From assembly GCA_963721305.1 (NCBI GenBank), contig CAVRIR010000002.1:174000-237999 (forward strand): a DNA stretch of 64,000 nucleotides, given 5' to 3'. The translations under genes were made by a program, and so were the position numbers. Source of the DNA: an uncultured Acidimicrobiia bacterium. GTDB taxonomy: Bacteria > Actinomycetota > Acidimicrobiia > Acidimicrobiales > JACDCH01. Below are positions 41,099-51,691 of this stretch, in pieces; the first letter of the stretch is position 1, and each line of letters begins with the position of its first letter. The notes beneath the pieces are model-generated. The model did not search any database. It worked only from the letters and a program-made list of their open reading frames with translations, and was not told where the DNA came from.

Positions 41099-42421
41099 TG
41101 TGTGATGTCAGGACATAGGAAACACCTGTCGCGCGTCATGGGAAACACCTGAGGTCCACCGTGGCGGCGATGCAGGTCTTGACGCTCGGGCATGTCACGT
41201 GCCCGGCTTGTCATCACTGCAGTGGTCCTCGAGGGCCGTGGGGTTCGGGAGGTCGGTCGTGACTATGGCGTGTCGCCGGGCTGGGTGTCGCGGCTGGTGG
41301 CCCGCTACCGCGACGAGGGCGACGCCGCGTTCGAGCCGAAGTCACGGCGGCCGAACAACTCGCCGAGGGCGACGCCGCTCGATGTTGTCGCGCTGATCGT
41401 CGAGCTGCGGCGTCGGCTCGTCGAAGCCGGCGACGACGCCGGAGCGGAGACGATCCGCTGGCATCTCGCGCACCACCATGGCGTGTCGCTGTCGGCCGCC
41501 ACGATCGGGCGCTATCTGCACCGTGCGGGACTCGTCACGCCCCAGCCGCACAAGCGTCCGCGCTCGAGCTATGTGCGCTTCCAAGCCGAGCAGCCCAACG
41601 AGACTTGGCAGGCCGACTTCACCCACTACCGCCTCGCTGGCGGCGTCGACGTCGAGGTCCTGTGCTGGCTCGACGATCACGCCCGCTACGCCCTGCGCCT
41701 CACCGCGCACCACCGCGTCACCGGACCGATCGTGCTCAACGAGTTCCGCGCCGCCATCGCCCACCACGGCGTGCCCGCGTCGACGCTGACCGACAACGGC
41801 ATGGTGTTCACCACCCGCTTCGCCGGTGGCAAAGGCGGCCGCAACGGCTTCGAGGCCGAGCTTCGCCGCCTCCGCATCACGCAGAAGAACTCCCGGCCCA
41901 ACCATCCGACAACCTGCGGGAAAGTCGAACGCTTCCACCAGACCCTCAAGCGATGGCTCGCCGCGCAACCCGACCAGCCCGTGACCATCGCCGAGCTACA
42001 AGCACTGCTCGACGCGTTCGCCGAGCACTACAACCACCAACGACCGCACCGATCCCTACCGCAGCGATGCACACCAGCCGACGCCTACCACCGGCGACCC
42101 AAAGCATCCCCAGGCGACCGCGACGACAGCCACGACCGCGTCCGCCACGACACCGTCGACCACAGCGCAAAGATCACTCTGCGCGTCAACGGGCGCCTGC
42201 ACCACATCGGCCTCGGCGCCGAACACCGCGGCACCCGCGTGATCGTTCTCGTCCACAACCTCGACGTCCGCGTCGCCCACGCCACCACCGGCGAGCTCAT
42301 CCGCAAACTCACCATCGACCCCGCCAAGAACTACCAACCCCTCGGACGGCCACCAGGACCCAAACCCCGCCAGCCACCGAGATAAGGGTTCAAGGTGTTT
42401 CCGATGTCTCGCGACATCACA
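41099..42421 (+). mobile_element. IS481-family insertion sequence, about 1.32 kb
   Basis: TGT...ACA ends; imperfect IRs containing GACAT-N-GGAAACACCT (41118-41127, extra copy 41141-41150; reverse copy 42393-42402); single DDE transposase. Confidence 0.9.
41192..42385 (+). CDS. IS481-family DDE transposase
   Basis: N-terminal HTH; TWQADFTH, LTDNG, CGKVERFHQTLK; HNHQRPHRSL. Confidence 0.92.
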   Translation: MSRARLVITAVVLEGRGVREVGRDYGVSPGWVSRLVARYRDEGDAAFEPKSRRPNNSPRATPLDVVALIVELRRRLVEAGDDAGAETIRWHLAHHHGVSLSAATIGRYLHRAGLVTPQPHKRPRSSYVRFQAEQPNETWQADFTHYRLAGGVDVEVLCWLDDHARYALRLTAHHRVTGPIVLNEFRAAIAHHGVPASTLTDNGMVFTTRFAGGKGGRNGFEAELRRLRITQKNSRPNHPTTCGKVERFHQTLKRWLAAQPDQPVTIAELQALLDAFAEHYNHQRPHRSLPQRCTPADAYHRRPKASPGDRDDSHDRVRHDTVDHSAKITLRVNGRLHHIGLGAEHRGTRVIVLVHNLDVRVAHATTGELIRKLTIDPAKNYQPLGRPPGPKPRQPPR

Positions 42422-42422
42422 T

Positions 42423-42499
<77 letters not shown>

Positions 42500-42626
42500 G
42501 TGAAGGGAAGCAACCCTACCAGCGGGTCCACGAGCGGCCAACCGCGGCCTGGCGCTGTCGATGGGGAGTCCTGTCACGAGAAGATGACGCAAGGCCAGGC
42601 GCCGGCAGGGCGCGCTTGGCGCGCGC

Positions 42627-45620
42627 CTATGCGGAGCCGCCGGTGGGAACTGTGGTTGTCGTCGTGGTTGTGGCCGCCCCGCCCGCCAGCAACGCCTGCG
42701 CCTGCTGTACCAACGCCTGTGCCTCGGACAGCTTCTGTCCGTACGTCGCGTAGTCCGCAGGCGACTGCTTCAACGCGGCATCCGCAGCATTGAACGCGTC
42801 GAGGGCTTGTGACAGCAGCTGGTCCGGCGTCTGCCCCGGCTGCGTCGGTTGTGTGGGCTGGGTCGGTTGTGTGGGCTGGGTCGGTTGCGTCGGTTGCGTC
42901 GGTTGGGTCGGTGGCGGCGTCTGCACCTGCAGATCAGCGAAGTTGGAGAACAGCTTCAACGCCTGCGGCAAGGTGTCGGACACCTGCACCTGGCCGTTGT
43001 ATTCGACGATCACCTTGCGCAAGAGCGGTGGGTTGGTCTCACCGGTGGCTTGTACGTACACGGGTCGCACGAACATCAGTGACTGCTCGATGGGCACGAT
43101 GATCAGGTTCCCGAACAACACCTCCGACCCACCACCGCGCACGCCCAGCAGCGTTTGCAGACCCGCGACCGTCGGATCGGACGTCATCTGGTTCGCTACC
43201 AACGTCGGTGACGGCGGCAGGTTGTTGCTCGGCATCTGGAACGTCTCGAGCTGGCCGTAGTGCCCTGGATCGGACTTCGCGATCATGAACGCGGTCATCT
43301 GCTGGTTGCCGCTCTGCGTCGGCACGAACGGGCGGAACAACATGAAGCCTTGTTGTTCCTCGTTGGGCAGGCTCAACAACACGTAGTACGGCGGTATTCG
43401 CCCAGTGGGCGAGGGCGGTACCTGACCCTGGTCGGCGTTGTTGTCCGTCGGCAGCGTCGACGCGGTGAGCCCGGTCTGCGTCTGCGTCCCGGGGTCGGGG
43501 GCGACGGTCCACACGTTGGCGTTGGTGTAGAACGCGTCGGGGTTGTCGAGGTGGTACCGGCCCCACATGTTCGTCTGCGTGCGGAACAGATCCTCGGGGT
43601 ACCGGAAGTGCTGGGCCAGCCCGTCGGGTGCGTCCGACTTCGAGAACAGGCTCGGGAACGCCTTCGAGTATGCCTTCACGATCGGATCGTTGTGGTCGAC
43701 GATGTACAGCGTCGTCGTGCCGTCGTACGCGTCGACGACGGCCTTCACCGAGTTGCGCACGTAGTTGAAGCGTTGCCCCGACAGTCCGCCGCCGCCATCG
43801 GTCACGGCGCGCTGCGCGTACGGATACTTGTCGGTGGTCGTGTAGCCGTCGATGATCCACTTGGTGCGCCCGTCGATGATCACCGGGTACGCGTCCGCGT
43901 CCCACGACATGAACGGCGCGATGGCGGTCACGCGCGCGTAGATGTCGCGGTTGATCACGATCTTCGACGAAGGCGTGATCGTGCCGGACACCAACGGGTT
44001 GAAGTCACCGAACCGGAGCGCGAAGGCAGCGCGCCGGATCCACGAGCTCATCTTGATGCCGTCCTGGCCGGAGTACGTGGTCGGGACGCTGTTACCGCTG
44101 GCGTCCTGGTAGTCGATCTCGGCGCGTTTCGTGTTCACCACGACATAGCCGTCGAGGTGTTCGCCGAAGTAGATGTCGGGTTGCGTGACCGGGATCCCCG
44201 CGGTGTTCGAGAGCGGGATGTCCTGGATCTGGAAGTCCGGCTGGCCTTCGGGCGTCTGCGCATTCGAGGGAGCGAGCACGAGCCCGTAGCCATGGGTGAA
44301 CGCGAGATGGGTGCCTTCCCACGATGCCTGCGGAACGCCATCGGTGTTCAGCTCGCGAGGCGACAGCAGCACCTGGGTGATCTGTCCGTTGATGTTGTAC
44401 CGATCGACGTCGACGTCGTCGATCTTGTAGAAGGGCTTCAGCGACTGAAGCTGCTGGTACGTCTTGAGCGAGATGTTCGACGACGGATCCCACAGACGGA
44501 TGTTGCTCACCGTCGTGGCGTTCTTCTGGATGTCGGTCGTCGTCAATGTGTTGTCGTTCTTGAAGTCGTTCGTCGTGACGTTCGAGAGGTTCATCGCCGC
44601 TTTGGTCGCTTCGATGTTTCTCTCGATGTACGGACGCTCCTTCGACGACTCCGACGGCTCGACGCGGAACTTCTGGATGAACGCCGGGACGATGGTTCCC
44701 GCCACGACCGCGACGAAGGCCCACAGGCCGACGCCGAGCACCGGCAGGATCCAACCGCGCCGGAAGATGTTGTAGAGGAACAGCGCGACCGAGAAGAGCG
44801 AGATCACGAGCAGCAACCGGATCGCCGGCAACTGCGCGTGAACGTCCGTGTACGTCGGTCCGTCGACCGTGCCGCGCGTCGACGTCGACAACGTGAACTG
44901 CTGCAGGTAGTAGCCGCCCGCCTTCACCAGCGCGAGCACGGCCAGCAGCACGGACAGGTGTGCCTTGACCTGCGGCGTCACCCGCTGGAACGGCGTCTGC
45001 ACCCGGATGCCGCCGTTCAAGTAGTGCGCGACCGCAGTGACGATGAACACGATCACGAACGCAGCGAACAACCAACCGACGACCCAGCTGAGGAACGGCA
45101 GTTGGAAGACGTAGAACCCGACGTCCTTGTTGAACTGCGGGTCCTTGACGCCGAACGACACGTAATTGCGGAACAGCAGGTACTCGTTCCACTCCCCTGA
45201 CGCACCTGCGCCGGCGATGACTGCGAACAGCGCCGCGATGCCGATGCGCAACAGCCCCTGTCGGCGACCGACCAACTCGTGGTAGCGCTCGATCAGTTCC
45301 TCTTCCGGGCCGGCAGGACGGAACTTCGGCGCGAGCCGGTCGGCGATCAGCAGGTTGACCCACATCAGGACGAAGAACAGGCCGATGAACACGACCGCGA
45401 GACCGATCTTCGTGCCGAGCACGCCCCGCCAGACGCCGGTCTGGCCGATGGAGTCGAACCACAGATAGTCCGTGTAGAAGGACGCGATGCTGCGAACCGT
45501 CGTTATGAGGATGAACAGGGCGATCGCCGCAACGACGAGAACGACTCGTCCTCGTCCAGGTCTGCGTTCCCGACGTCGCGTCCGTCGATCTCCGCGGGGC
45601 ATGTCGTCGCCGGCGCGCAT
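42627..45620 (-). CDS. UPF0182 family membrane protein
   Basis: YTDYLWFDSIG, DPQFNKDVGFYVFQLP, FNYVRNSVKAVVDAYDG, HFRYPEDLF; adjacent to tRNA-fMet as is typical in Actinobacteria. Confidence 0.93.
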   Translation of the reverse strand: MRAGDDMPRGDRRTRRRERRPGRGRVVLVVAAIALFILITTVRSIASFYTDYLWFDSIGQTGVWRGVLGTKIGLAVVFIGLFFVLMWVNLLIADRLAPKFRPAGPEEELIERYHELVGRRQGLLRIGIAALFAVIAGAGASGEWNEYLLFRNYVSFGVKDPQFNKDVGFYVFQLPFLSWVVGWLFAAFVIVFIVTAVAHYLNGGIRVQTPFQRVTPQVKAHLSVLLAVLALVKAGGYYLQQFTLSTSTRGTVDGPTYTDVHAQLPAIRLLLVISLFSVALFLYNIFRRGWILPVLGVGLWAFVAVVAGTIVPAFIQKFRVEPSESSKERPYIERNIEATKAAMNLSNVTTNDFKNDNTLTTTDIQKNATTVSNIRLWDPSSNISLKTYQQLQSLKPFYKIDDVDVDRYNINGQITQVLLSPRELNTDGVPQASWEGTHLAFTHGYGLVLAPSNAQTPEGQPDFQIQDIPLSNTAGIPVTQPDIYFGEHLDGYVVVNTKRAEIDYQDASGNSVPTTYSGQDGIKMSSWIRRAAFALRFGDFNPLVSGTITPSSKIVINRDIYARVTAIAPFMSWDADAYPVIIDGRTKWIIDGYTTTDKYPYAQRAVTDGGGGLSGQRFNYVRNSVKAVVDAYDGTTTLYIVDHNDPIVKAYSKAFPSLFSKSDAPDGLAQHFRYPEDLFRTQTNMWGRYHLDNPDAFYTNANVWTVAPDPGTQTQTGLTASTLPTDNNADQGQVPPSPTGRIPPYYVLLSLPNEEQQGFMLFRPFVPTQSGNQQMTAFMIAKSDPGHYGQLETFQMPSNNLPPSPTLVANQMTSDPTVAGLQTLLGVRGGGSEVLFGNLIIVPIEQSLMFVRPVYVQATGETNPPLLRKVIVEYNGQVQVSDTLPQALKLFSNFADLQVQTPPPTQPTQPTQPTQPTQPTQPTQPTQPGQTPDQLLSQALDAFNAADAALKQSPADYATYGQKLSEAQALVQQAQALLAGGAATTTTTTTVPTGGSA
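42839..42912 (-). repeat. (Pro-Thr-Gln)n coding tandem repeat in the UPF0182 C-terminal linker
   Basis: PTQ x7 from degenerate 9-nt repeats. Confidence 0.85.
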
Positions 45621-45632
45621 TGCCCGAGGACT

Positions 45633-47543
45633 CTAGTGAGATGACGGCACGAGGAGGCAGCGGCACCCTGGGTGCGCCGGCGGATGGCAGTGGCCGGTGG
45701 GGAACGGTTCGCCCCGCACGACCAGCCCCGCGAGTGAGTTGTCCTCTGCGTCCGGGCAGGGCGAGCCGCCGTTGTCGACCAGCCACCGCATCTCGGTGCT
45801 CGGCTCGGTGGTGTCGAACAAACCCCGATTGAACGCGGTGAGAACGGCATCGCGGGCCTGGGTCGCGACCTTGTGGGTCTTCCAGTCGCGGTACGCCGCC
45901 CGCACGCCGTCGGCCATGGCATCGTCGTCGCCGGCCGCTTCGCGCAGCGATCCCTCGATGCGATCACGCAAGGGCAGGGTCAACCCCTGTCCGAGCTCGA
46001 CGGCGACGTCGCCGACGTCGGTCTTGGCCGGCTCGGCGCCGTAGAACCCCCCGCCGCGCTGGGCCACGTCGTCGAGGTCGCTCCGTACGGCGGACGCGTA
46101 CCGCTCCGCATGCTCGCCGGCGTCGGGAAACAGATCGCCGAGACCCGACTTCGGATTCCGCCGCAGGCGGTCGAGGACCTCGTTCTGCTCGTCGGCGAGC
46201 ACCCGCTTGAGCTTCCGGACCGCCTGTTTCTCGGCCGCGTCGGTGATGCCGTCCCGTCGCTCGAGGAGGGCCTCGTCGTCGGACGAAGCGCCGGTCACGA
46301 CCTCGAGCTCGGTGTCGGCCTCGCTCTCGTCAGCGGTGGCCTCGGGTCCGGCCGCAGCCTCGACCGTGGGCGGAGCGGTGTCCGCCTCCGTCTCGGCCGC
46401 AGCCTCCGTCTCCGCCTCAGCCTCCGTCTCGGCCGCAACCTCGACCACGAGGGAATCGGCATCCGCAACGTCGTCCGGTGCCGCGTCGGCCGCCGCGAGC
46501 ACTTCCTGCGCCTTGGCGACCTCCGCTTCCCGCGCGGCGCGGATGCGGGCGAACAGCTCGTCGACGTCGACCGACGGTTCGTCGTCGTCTTCGTGGTCCG
46601 CGCCGACCGCCTGCGTGACCGCGACCACTTCGACGATCTCGACCACTTCGACGTCGTCTTCGTTGGCCATCGCCTCGCGGGCCGCCTCGACTTCACGTTC
46701 GAGCTCGCCGATTGTGGGGAGCGATTCTGACTCGACGCGCCGTGCGGCCGCGTCGGCCGCGATCTTCGCCGAGGTCAACGACGTCCGCAGCTCTTCGTTG
46801 GCCTCGTCGAGCGTGCGCTGCACGATCGCATAGGAGTCGAGCAGACGAGCGCGTCCGGCTTCGAGACGTTCGAGCTGCACACGCGACGCTTTGCGCTTGC
46901 GTGCCAGGTCTTCGAGGACACGCGTCCGGACGACGATCGCTTCCTCGACCACTTCGCGTCCACGGGCGGTCGCCGCCTCGGCCTCGGCCTCGCCGGCTCG
47001 CTCGGCCTCGACGCGGATGCGGTCGGCGTCGGCGCGGGCAGCCTCGAGCCTCTGCGCGGCTTCGACGTGCACTCCCTGAACGGCGGCCTCGGCCTCGGCG
47101 CGGAGGCGAGCCCCCTCGGCCTCGGCTTCCTCGGTGCTCCGGGTCATGATCGCTTCGGCTTCGCTGCGCAGTGAGGACGCTTCCTCTTGCGCTTCACGGA
47201 CCATCTCGGATGCGCTCTCGGACGCCTTCGACCTGATGTCGGCCGCGGCCTCGCGCGCCACGGTCAACACGCGCGCCGTCTCTTCGCCGAGTGCCGCGGT
47301 CAGGCGATCCTCGTCGAGGTACGAAGCCTCCGCGAGCCGGGACTCCAAGGACTCGAGCTCGGTTCGGAGGGCGGCCTCGCGATCGCGGGCCTCACGCAAC
47401 TCGTTGGCCACGTTCTCGAGGAACACTCGCACCGCGTCCGCGTCATAGCCGCGGAAGCTCGTCGGGAACGTCGTGCGGGCTATCGCTTCGGGACCGAGTC
47501 GCGCCGCGCGACGTTCGGCATCACGATCAGAAGAAGACATCAC
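45633..47543 (-). CDS. DivIVA-domain coiled-coil protein with phage head-morphogenesis (MuF/SPP1 gp7)-like C-terminus
   Basis: FPTSFRGYDADAVRVFL (DivIVA); long coiled coil; acidic linker; RWLVD..PCPD..N..GEPFPTGHCHPPAHPGCRC. Confidence 0.8.
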   Translation of the reverse strand: MMSSSDRDAERRAARLGPEAIARTTFPTSFRGYDADAVRVFLENVANELREARDREAALRTELESLESRLAEASYLDEDRLTAALGEETARVLTVAREAAADIRSKASESASEMVREAQEEASSLRSEAEAIMTRSTEEAEAEGARLRAEAEAAVQGVHVEAAQRLEAARADADRIRVEAERAGEAEAEAATARGREVVEEAIVVRTRVLEDLARKRKASRVQLERLEAGRARLLDSYAIVQRTLDEANEELRTSLTSAKIAADAAARRVESESLPTIGELEREVEAAREAMANEDDVEVVEIVEVVAVTQAVGADHEDDDEPSVDVDELFARIRAAREAEVAKAQEVLAAADAAPDDVADADSLVVEVAAETEAEAETEAAAETEADTAPPTVEAAAGPEATADESEADTELEVVTGASSDDEALLERRDGITDAAEKQAVRKLKRVLADEQNEVLDRLRRNPKSGLGDLFPDAGEHAERYASAVRSDLDDVAQRGGGFYGAEPAKTDVGDVAVELGQGLTLPLRDRIEGSLREAAGDDDAMADGVRAAYRDWKTHKVATQARDAVLTAFNRGLFDTTEPSTEMRWLVDNGGSPCPDAEDNSLAGLVVRGEPFPTGHCHPPAHPGCRCLLVPSSH

Positions 47544-47599
47544 CTTCGATCGTACGACCGCGCCACCGAAACGTGGCGGACTCGCTCCGCCGCGTCGCG

Positions 47600-48736
47600 C
47601 TACCCCGGAACGGATGTCGGGGTGGTGACCGGCGGCGGGAGTCCGCTGCCGCCGAGCGTCGACAGGAACGCGAGCGCGTCGTCGAGCGTGTGGACCGGCA
47701 CGATCTTCACGTCAGGAGGCGCGCTCTTCTCCGCGTCGGCGGCGTTCTCGACGGGAACGAGGAAGTAGCCGATGTGGGCGCGGTGCACGGTGGTGACCTT
47801 CTGCTCGATCCCACCGATCTCCCCCACGGTGCCGTCAGCCGAGATCGTGCCGGTGGCCGCGATGTCCTTCCCGCCGGTGAGGTCGCCTGGCGTCAGCTCG
47901 TCGAGCACCCCGAGCGTGAACGCCAGCCCGGCGCTCGGGCCGCCGATCTGCTCGGAGTTGATCGTCACGTCGAACGGGAGCGACGGATAGGAGAGGCGGT
48001 CGGTGGCGCCGACGCCGAGGAAGCCGGTCCCGGGCTTGTCCGGGTGGTCGGCCAGCGTCACGGTCGCGTCTCGCTTCTGACCGCTCGAGTTCTCGATCGA
48101 CAGCGTCACCGTGTCGCCGGGCTTCTTGGCTCCCAGGACGTTGACGAGCGCGTCGCGGCTGGCGATCGGTTGACCGTCGACTGCGACGATCGTGTCGCCG
48201 ACCTGGATGACACCGTCGGCTGGCGCGCCGTGCTGGATCGATGTCACGAGCGCGCCGGTCTGCGTCGGTGCCACCTGGTAGCCGAGCTGGTCGAGAGCGA
48301 CGAGCGTCGCCGCGTCCTTCGACTGACGCATGAGAACCTGATTGAGCTGGTCGTTCTCCTGTGGCGTCTGCGTCCCGAGCACTTCCTTCGCGGGGACGAG
48401 CGTCTGATCGGACGAGTGCTGCGCTCGGAACTTCTCGAACAGCGTCACCTGCGTGTCGACCGTGACCGTGACGAGATTGATCTGGTCGGGGGTCGGGAAG
48501 GAGTGATCGGGCGGCACGGTGATGAGCGGCTCGACGGGGTCGGCGCTTCCCGGTGCTTCGATCACGTACGGCACGTGGACGAGCACGGACACCACGAACA
48601 CCGTCGCGAGCAACGACATGACCATGCCGATGACGACCAGCCACCACCAGCGGCGCAGGACATGACCCAGGCCGCGCCGTTGCTCCGACGGAGGAGCCTC
48701 CGGACCCCCGGATACGATCGGGTTCGGCGTGTTCAC
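47600..48736 (-). CDS. PDZ-containing Lon-like (S16, YlbL) protease
   Basis: PYVIEAPG, PDZ, IGGPSAGLAFTL (catalytic Ser), GEIGGIEQKV (catalytic Lys). Confidence 0.9.
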   Translation of the reverse strand: MNTPNPIVSGGPEAPPSEQRRGLGHVLRRWWWLVVIGMVMSLLATVFVVSVLVHVPYVIEAPGSADPVEPLITVPPDHSFPTPDQINLVTVTVDTQVTLFEKFRAQHSSDQTLVPAKEVLGTQTPQENDQLNQVLMRQSKDAATLVALDQLGYQVAPTQTGALVTSIQHGAPADGVIQVGDTIVAVDGQPIASRDALVNVLGAKKPGDTVTLSIENSSGQKRDATVTLADHPDKPGTGFLGVGATDRLSYPSLPFDVTINSEQIGGPSAGLAFTLGVLDELTPGDLTGGKDIAATGTISADGTVGEIGGIEQKVTTVHRAHIGYFLVPVENAADAEKSAPPDVKIVPVHTLDDALAFLSTLGGSGLPPPVTTPTSVPG

Positions 48737-49052
48737 GTTCGTCATCAGTCTGGTGGTGATCGGCGCCGCTCTCGCGATCGCAGCCCGCATCGTGATGAAC
48801 GGGGCCCCTCAGCCTGCCACGGACGGGCCGCAACGCGACCGCGAGTCGGTGAGCCGCCGTCGAGACCGGGCGGCCCGCACGACTGCCCGTCAGAACCGGA
48901 TGAAAGAAGCCGGGCCCGTCCCCTGGTGGGTACGGGCCCGAGCTGTGGTGCTGCTGAGCACGCTGGTGGCGCTGCTCGGCGCCTTCCTCGCGCTGCTGAT
49001 CGTCCTCGGCGGTGCGCTCGTGCTCACCGGCCTGCGGAACGCAGTCCAATGA
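48729..49052 (+). CDS. Small two-TM hypothetical protein
   Basis: Hydrophobic N- and C-terminal segments; start uncertain because it overlaps the divergent gene start. Confidence 0.45.
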   Translation: MFTFVISLVVIGAALAIAARIVMNGAPQPATDGPQRDRESVSRRRDRAARTTARQNRMKEAGPVPWWVRARAVVLLSTLVALLGAFLALLIVLGGALVLTGLRNAVQ

Positions 49053-49261
49053 CGCTTGGACCGAGAGAGCCTCCCGGTCCAAGACATCAACGACCGAAGA
49101 GACCCCCGCGGACGTTGGCGCCGACTTCCTCGCCGTCGACCACGCCTTTCGAGCCGTTGCATCTCGCAAGGGTGATCGGACTGTCTCCAACTTTTCTCGA
49201 GTGCCACGATGAGTCGCGGTGGGTAAATCGCGTCGATTGAGCGGGAACACCACGCGTCGCC

Positions 49262-49873
49262 GTGCGATCGCGCTCGCGGGGCACACCGGCGATGTGGCCA
49301 CGGTCCGCGGCGGGACTCGCGGATGCGGACGCACACGTGCGTGCCACCGCGCTGGGCGCGCTCGCACGCGCCGGCGCGCTGCAAGCCGACGATCTCGCCA
49401 CCGCGGCGCGCGATCCCGACCCGGTCGTTCGCCGTCGTGTCGCCGAGGCCGCGGCTGCCGCGCAGCCTCGAGGCGCGAGCACATCGGTGCTCGGGCTGCT
49501 CGACGATCTCGACGCCGGTGTCGTCGAGGCTGCGGCGTGGGCCTGCGGCGAGCTGGCTGACATCATCGACGCAGGCGATCCAACCGACGCGCGGCCGCGA
49601 GCGGTCGAACGACTGGCGCGTCTCACCACCGAACACGACGATGCCCTCGTCCGCGAAGCCGCGGTCGCCGCGCTCGGTTCGATCGGCGACGAGCGAGGAC
49701 TCACGGCGATCCTCGCGGCGACGCAGGACAAGCCCGCCGTACGCCGGCGCGCCGTGCTCGCGCTGGCGCCGTTCGACGGCCCCGAGGTGGACCGAGCACT
49801 CGAGCGAGCGAAGTCGGATCGGGACTGGCAGGTCCGGCAGGCGGCCGAAGACCTCACGAGGCCCGAGGATTAG
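49262..49873 (+). CDS. HEAT-repeat protein
   Basis: Repeated D-x-D-x-x-V-R-x-x-A units (DPDPVVRRRVA, DDALVREAAV, DRDWQVRQAA). Confidence 0.8.
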   Translation: MRSRSRGTPAMWPRSAAGLADADAHVRATALGALARAGALQADDLATAARDPDPVVRRRVAEAAAAAQPRGASTSVLGLLDDLDAGVVEAAAWACGELADIIDAGDPTDARPRAVERLARLTTEHDDALVREAAVAALGSIGDERGLTAILAATQDKPAVRRRAVLALAPFDGPEVDRALERAKSDRDWQVRQAAEDLTRPED

Positions 49874-49884
49874 GTTCGCTGTCG

Positions 49885-51020
49885 ATGCCCGCCGACGAGG
49901 TGCGCGTGACGTCGTGGTCCGACCACGTCGGCGCGCGCAACGCGTCGATCGAGTCCACCGGCCGGTGGCGAACGATCCGGACGCTCGACGGGGGCGGTCC
50001 CGAGTTCACCCTTGACGACGGACGCTCGATCGTGTCGTTCGCGTCGAACGACTACCTCGGGCTGACGCAGCACCCTTCGGTCGTTGCCGCGGCACACGCG
50101 GCCATCGACCGGTTCGGTACCGGCTCCGGCTCGGCGCGCCTGATCGTCGGCGGGCGGCCGATCCACCGAGAGCTCGAGGACGAGCTCGCGTCGTGGAAGG
50201 GCACCGAAGCGGCGCTGCTGTTCCCCACCGGCTTCGCCGCGAACCTCGGCGTGCTCACGACGCTCGCAACCGATGGGGTGCTGATCGTGAGCGACGAGCT
50301 CAACCACGCGTCGATCATCGACGGCTGCCGGCTCTCGCGCGCCGAGGTCGCGATCGCTCGCCATGCTGACGTCGACCATGTCCACGAGTTGCTGGCCGGT
50401 CACGACGGACCGTCGATCGTGGTGACGGACACGGTGTTCTCGATGGACGGCGACGTCGCCCCGTTGGATGACCTCGTCGAGGTGTGCGGGCGCCACGACG
50501 CACTGCTCGTGCTCGACGAAGCGCACGCGGTGCTCGGCCCCGCTGGTCCGGATGACGCGCGACGAGCGGGGTCACTGCGCTGCGGGTCGGGACGCAATCG
50601 AAGACACTCGGCGCGCTCGGCGGTTTCGTCGCCGGACCGCGCGCGTTCGTCGACCTGATCGTCAACGCCGCACGACCGTTCATCTTCACGACGGCGCCGA
50701 CTCCGGCGGACACCGCAGCCGCGCTGGCGGCTGTGCGGGTGCTGCGCTCGGACGAAGGCGATCGGCTCGTCGCGCGACTGCGCGCGCATGTCGAACGGAT
50801 CGCTCCGGGACATCCGTCGCCCATCGTCCCCGTGGTGCTCGGCGACGAACGACGTTCGCTCGACGCGTCCGCCCGCCTACTGGACGAGCATGGCCTGCTC
50901 GTGCCCGCGATCCGTCCTCCGACGGTCGCACCCGGGACGTGCCGGCTGCGCATCGCGCTGTCGGCCGCGCACACCGACGACCAAGTCGACTGCTTGGCCA
51001 AGGCGATCGCCGACCTGTGA
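49885..51020 (+). CDS. bioF: 8-amino-7-oxononanoate synthase (frameshift near 50540)
   Basis: FASNDYLGL, SDELNHASIIDGCRL, DTVFSMDGD, LDEAHA, IRPPTVAPGTCRLR. Confidence 0.9.
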
Positions 51021-51691
51021 CGCTCGTCGTCTGCACGGGAACCGCTACCGAGATCGGCAAGACGTGGGTGGGGGCGGCCGTGCTGTCCGAGTGGCGCGCC
51101 GACGGCGTGACCGTGGCGGCGCGCAAGCCGGTGCAGTCCTTCGACAGCGACGACACCGGTCCGACCGACGCCGACGTCCTCGCTTCCGCAACGGGCGAAC
51201 ATCCCGACGACGTCTGTCCCGGCCACCGGTCCTACGGCGTCGCGATGGCACCGCCGATGGCCGCCGCAGTCATCGGCAGCGAACCCTTCACGATCGCCGA
51301 TCTCGCCGGCGAGATCCGATGGCCGTCCCCCGAGCCCGCCATCCGGTGGGTCGAGACCGTCGGCGGGCCGCGGTCTCCCATCGCGTTCGACGGTGACTCG
51401 AAGGACCTGTGCGACGCGCTCGAGCCGGACCTCGTCGTCCTCGTCGCCGATGCGGGACTCGGCGCCATCAACTCGGTCCGGCTGTGCGTCGCCGCGCTGG
51501 ACCGTCACCGCGTCGTCGTGATCCTGAACGGCTTCGATGCGGACGACGACCTCCACGCCCTGAACCTGGCGTGGCTCACCGACCGCGAGAGGCTCGGCGT
51601 GGCCACCTCCCCCGCCGAACTCCAGGTCATGTGCGGCGCCACAGCGCCGCACATGCACCAACATTCGCCGCCTAGCGGCGGGCTCCCATGA
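51017..51691 (+). CDS. bioD: Dethiobiotin synthetase
   Basis: TGTATEIGKT P-loop, RKPVQS, VETVGG, GLGAINS; 4-bp overlap with bioF. Confidence 0.9.
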   Translation: MTLVVCTGTATEIGKTWVGAAVLSEWRADGVTVAARKPVQSFDSDDTGPTDADVLASATGEHPDDVCPGHRSYGVAMAPPMAAAVIGSEPFTIADLAGEIRWPSPEPAIRWVETVGGPRSPIAFDGDSKDLCDALEPDLVVLVADAGLGAINSVRLCVAALDRHRVVVILNGFDADDDLHALNLAWLTDRERLGVATSPAELQVMCGATAPHMHQHSPPSGGLP

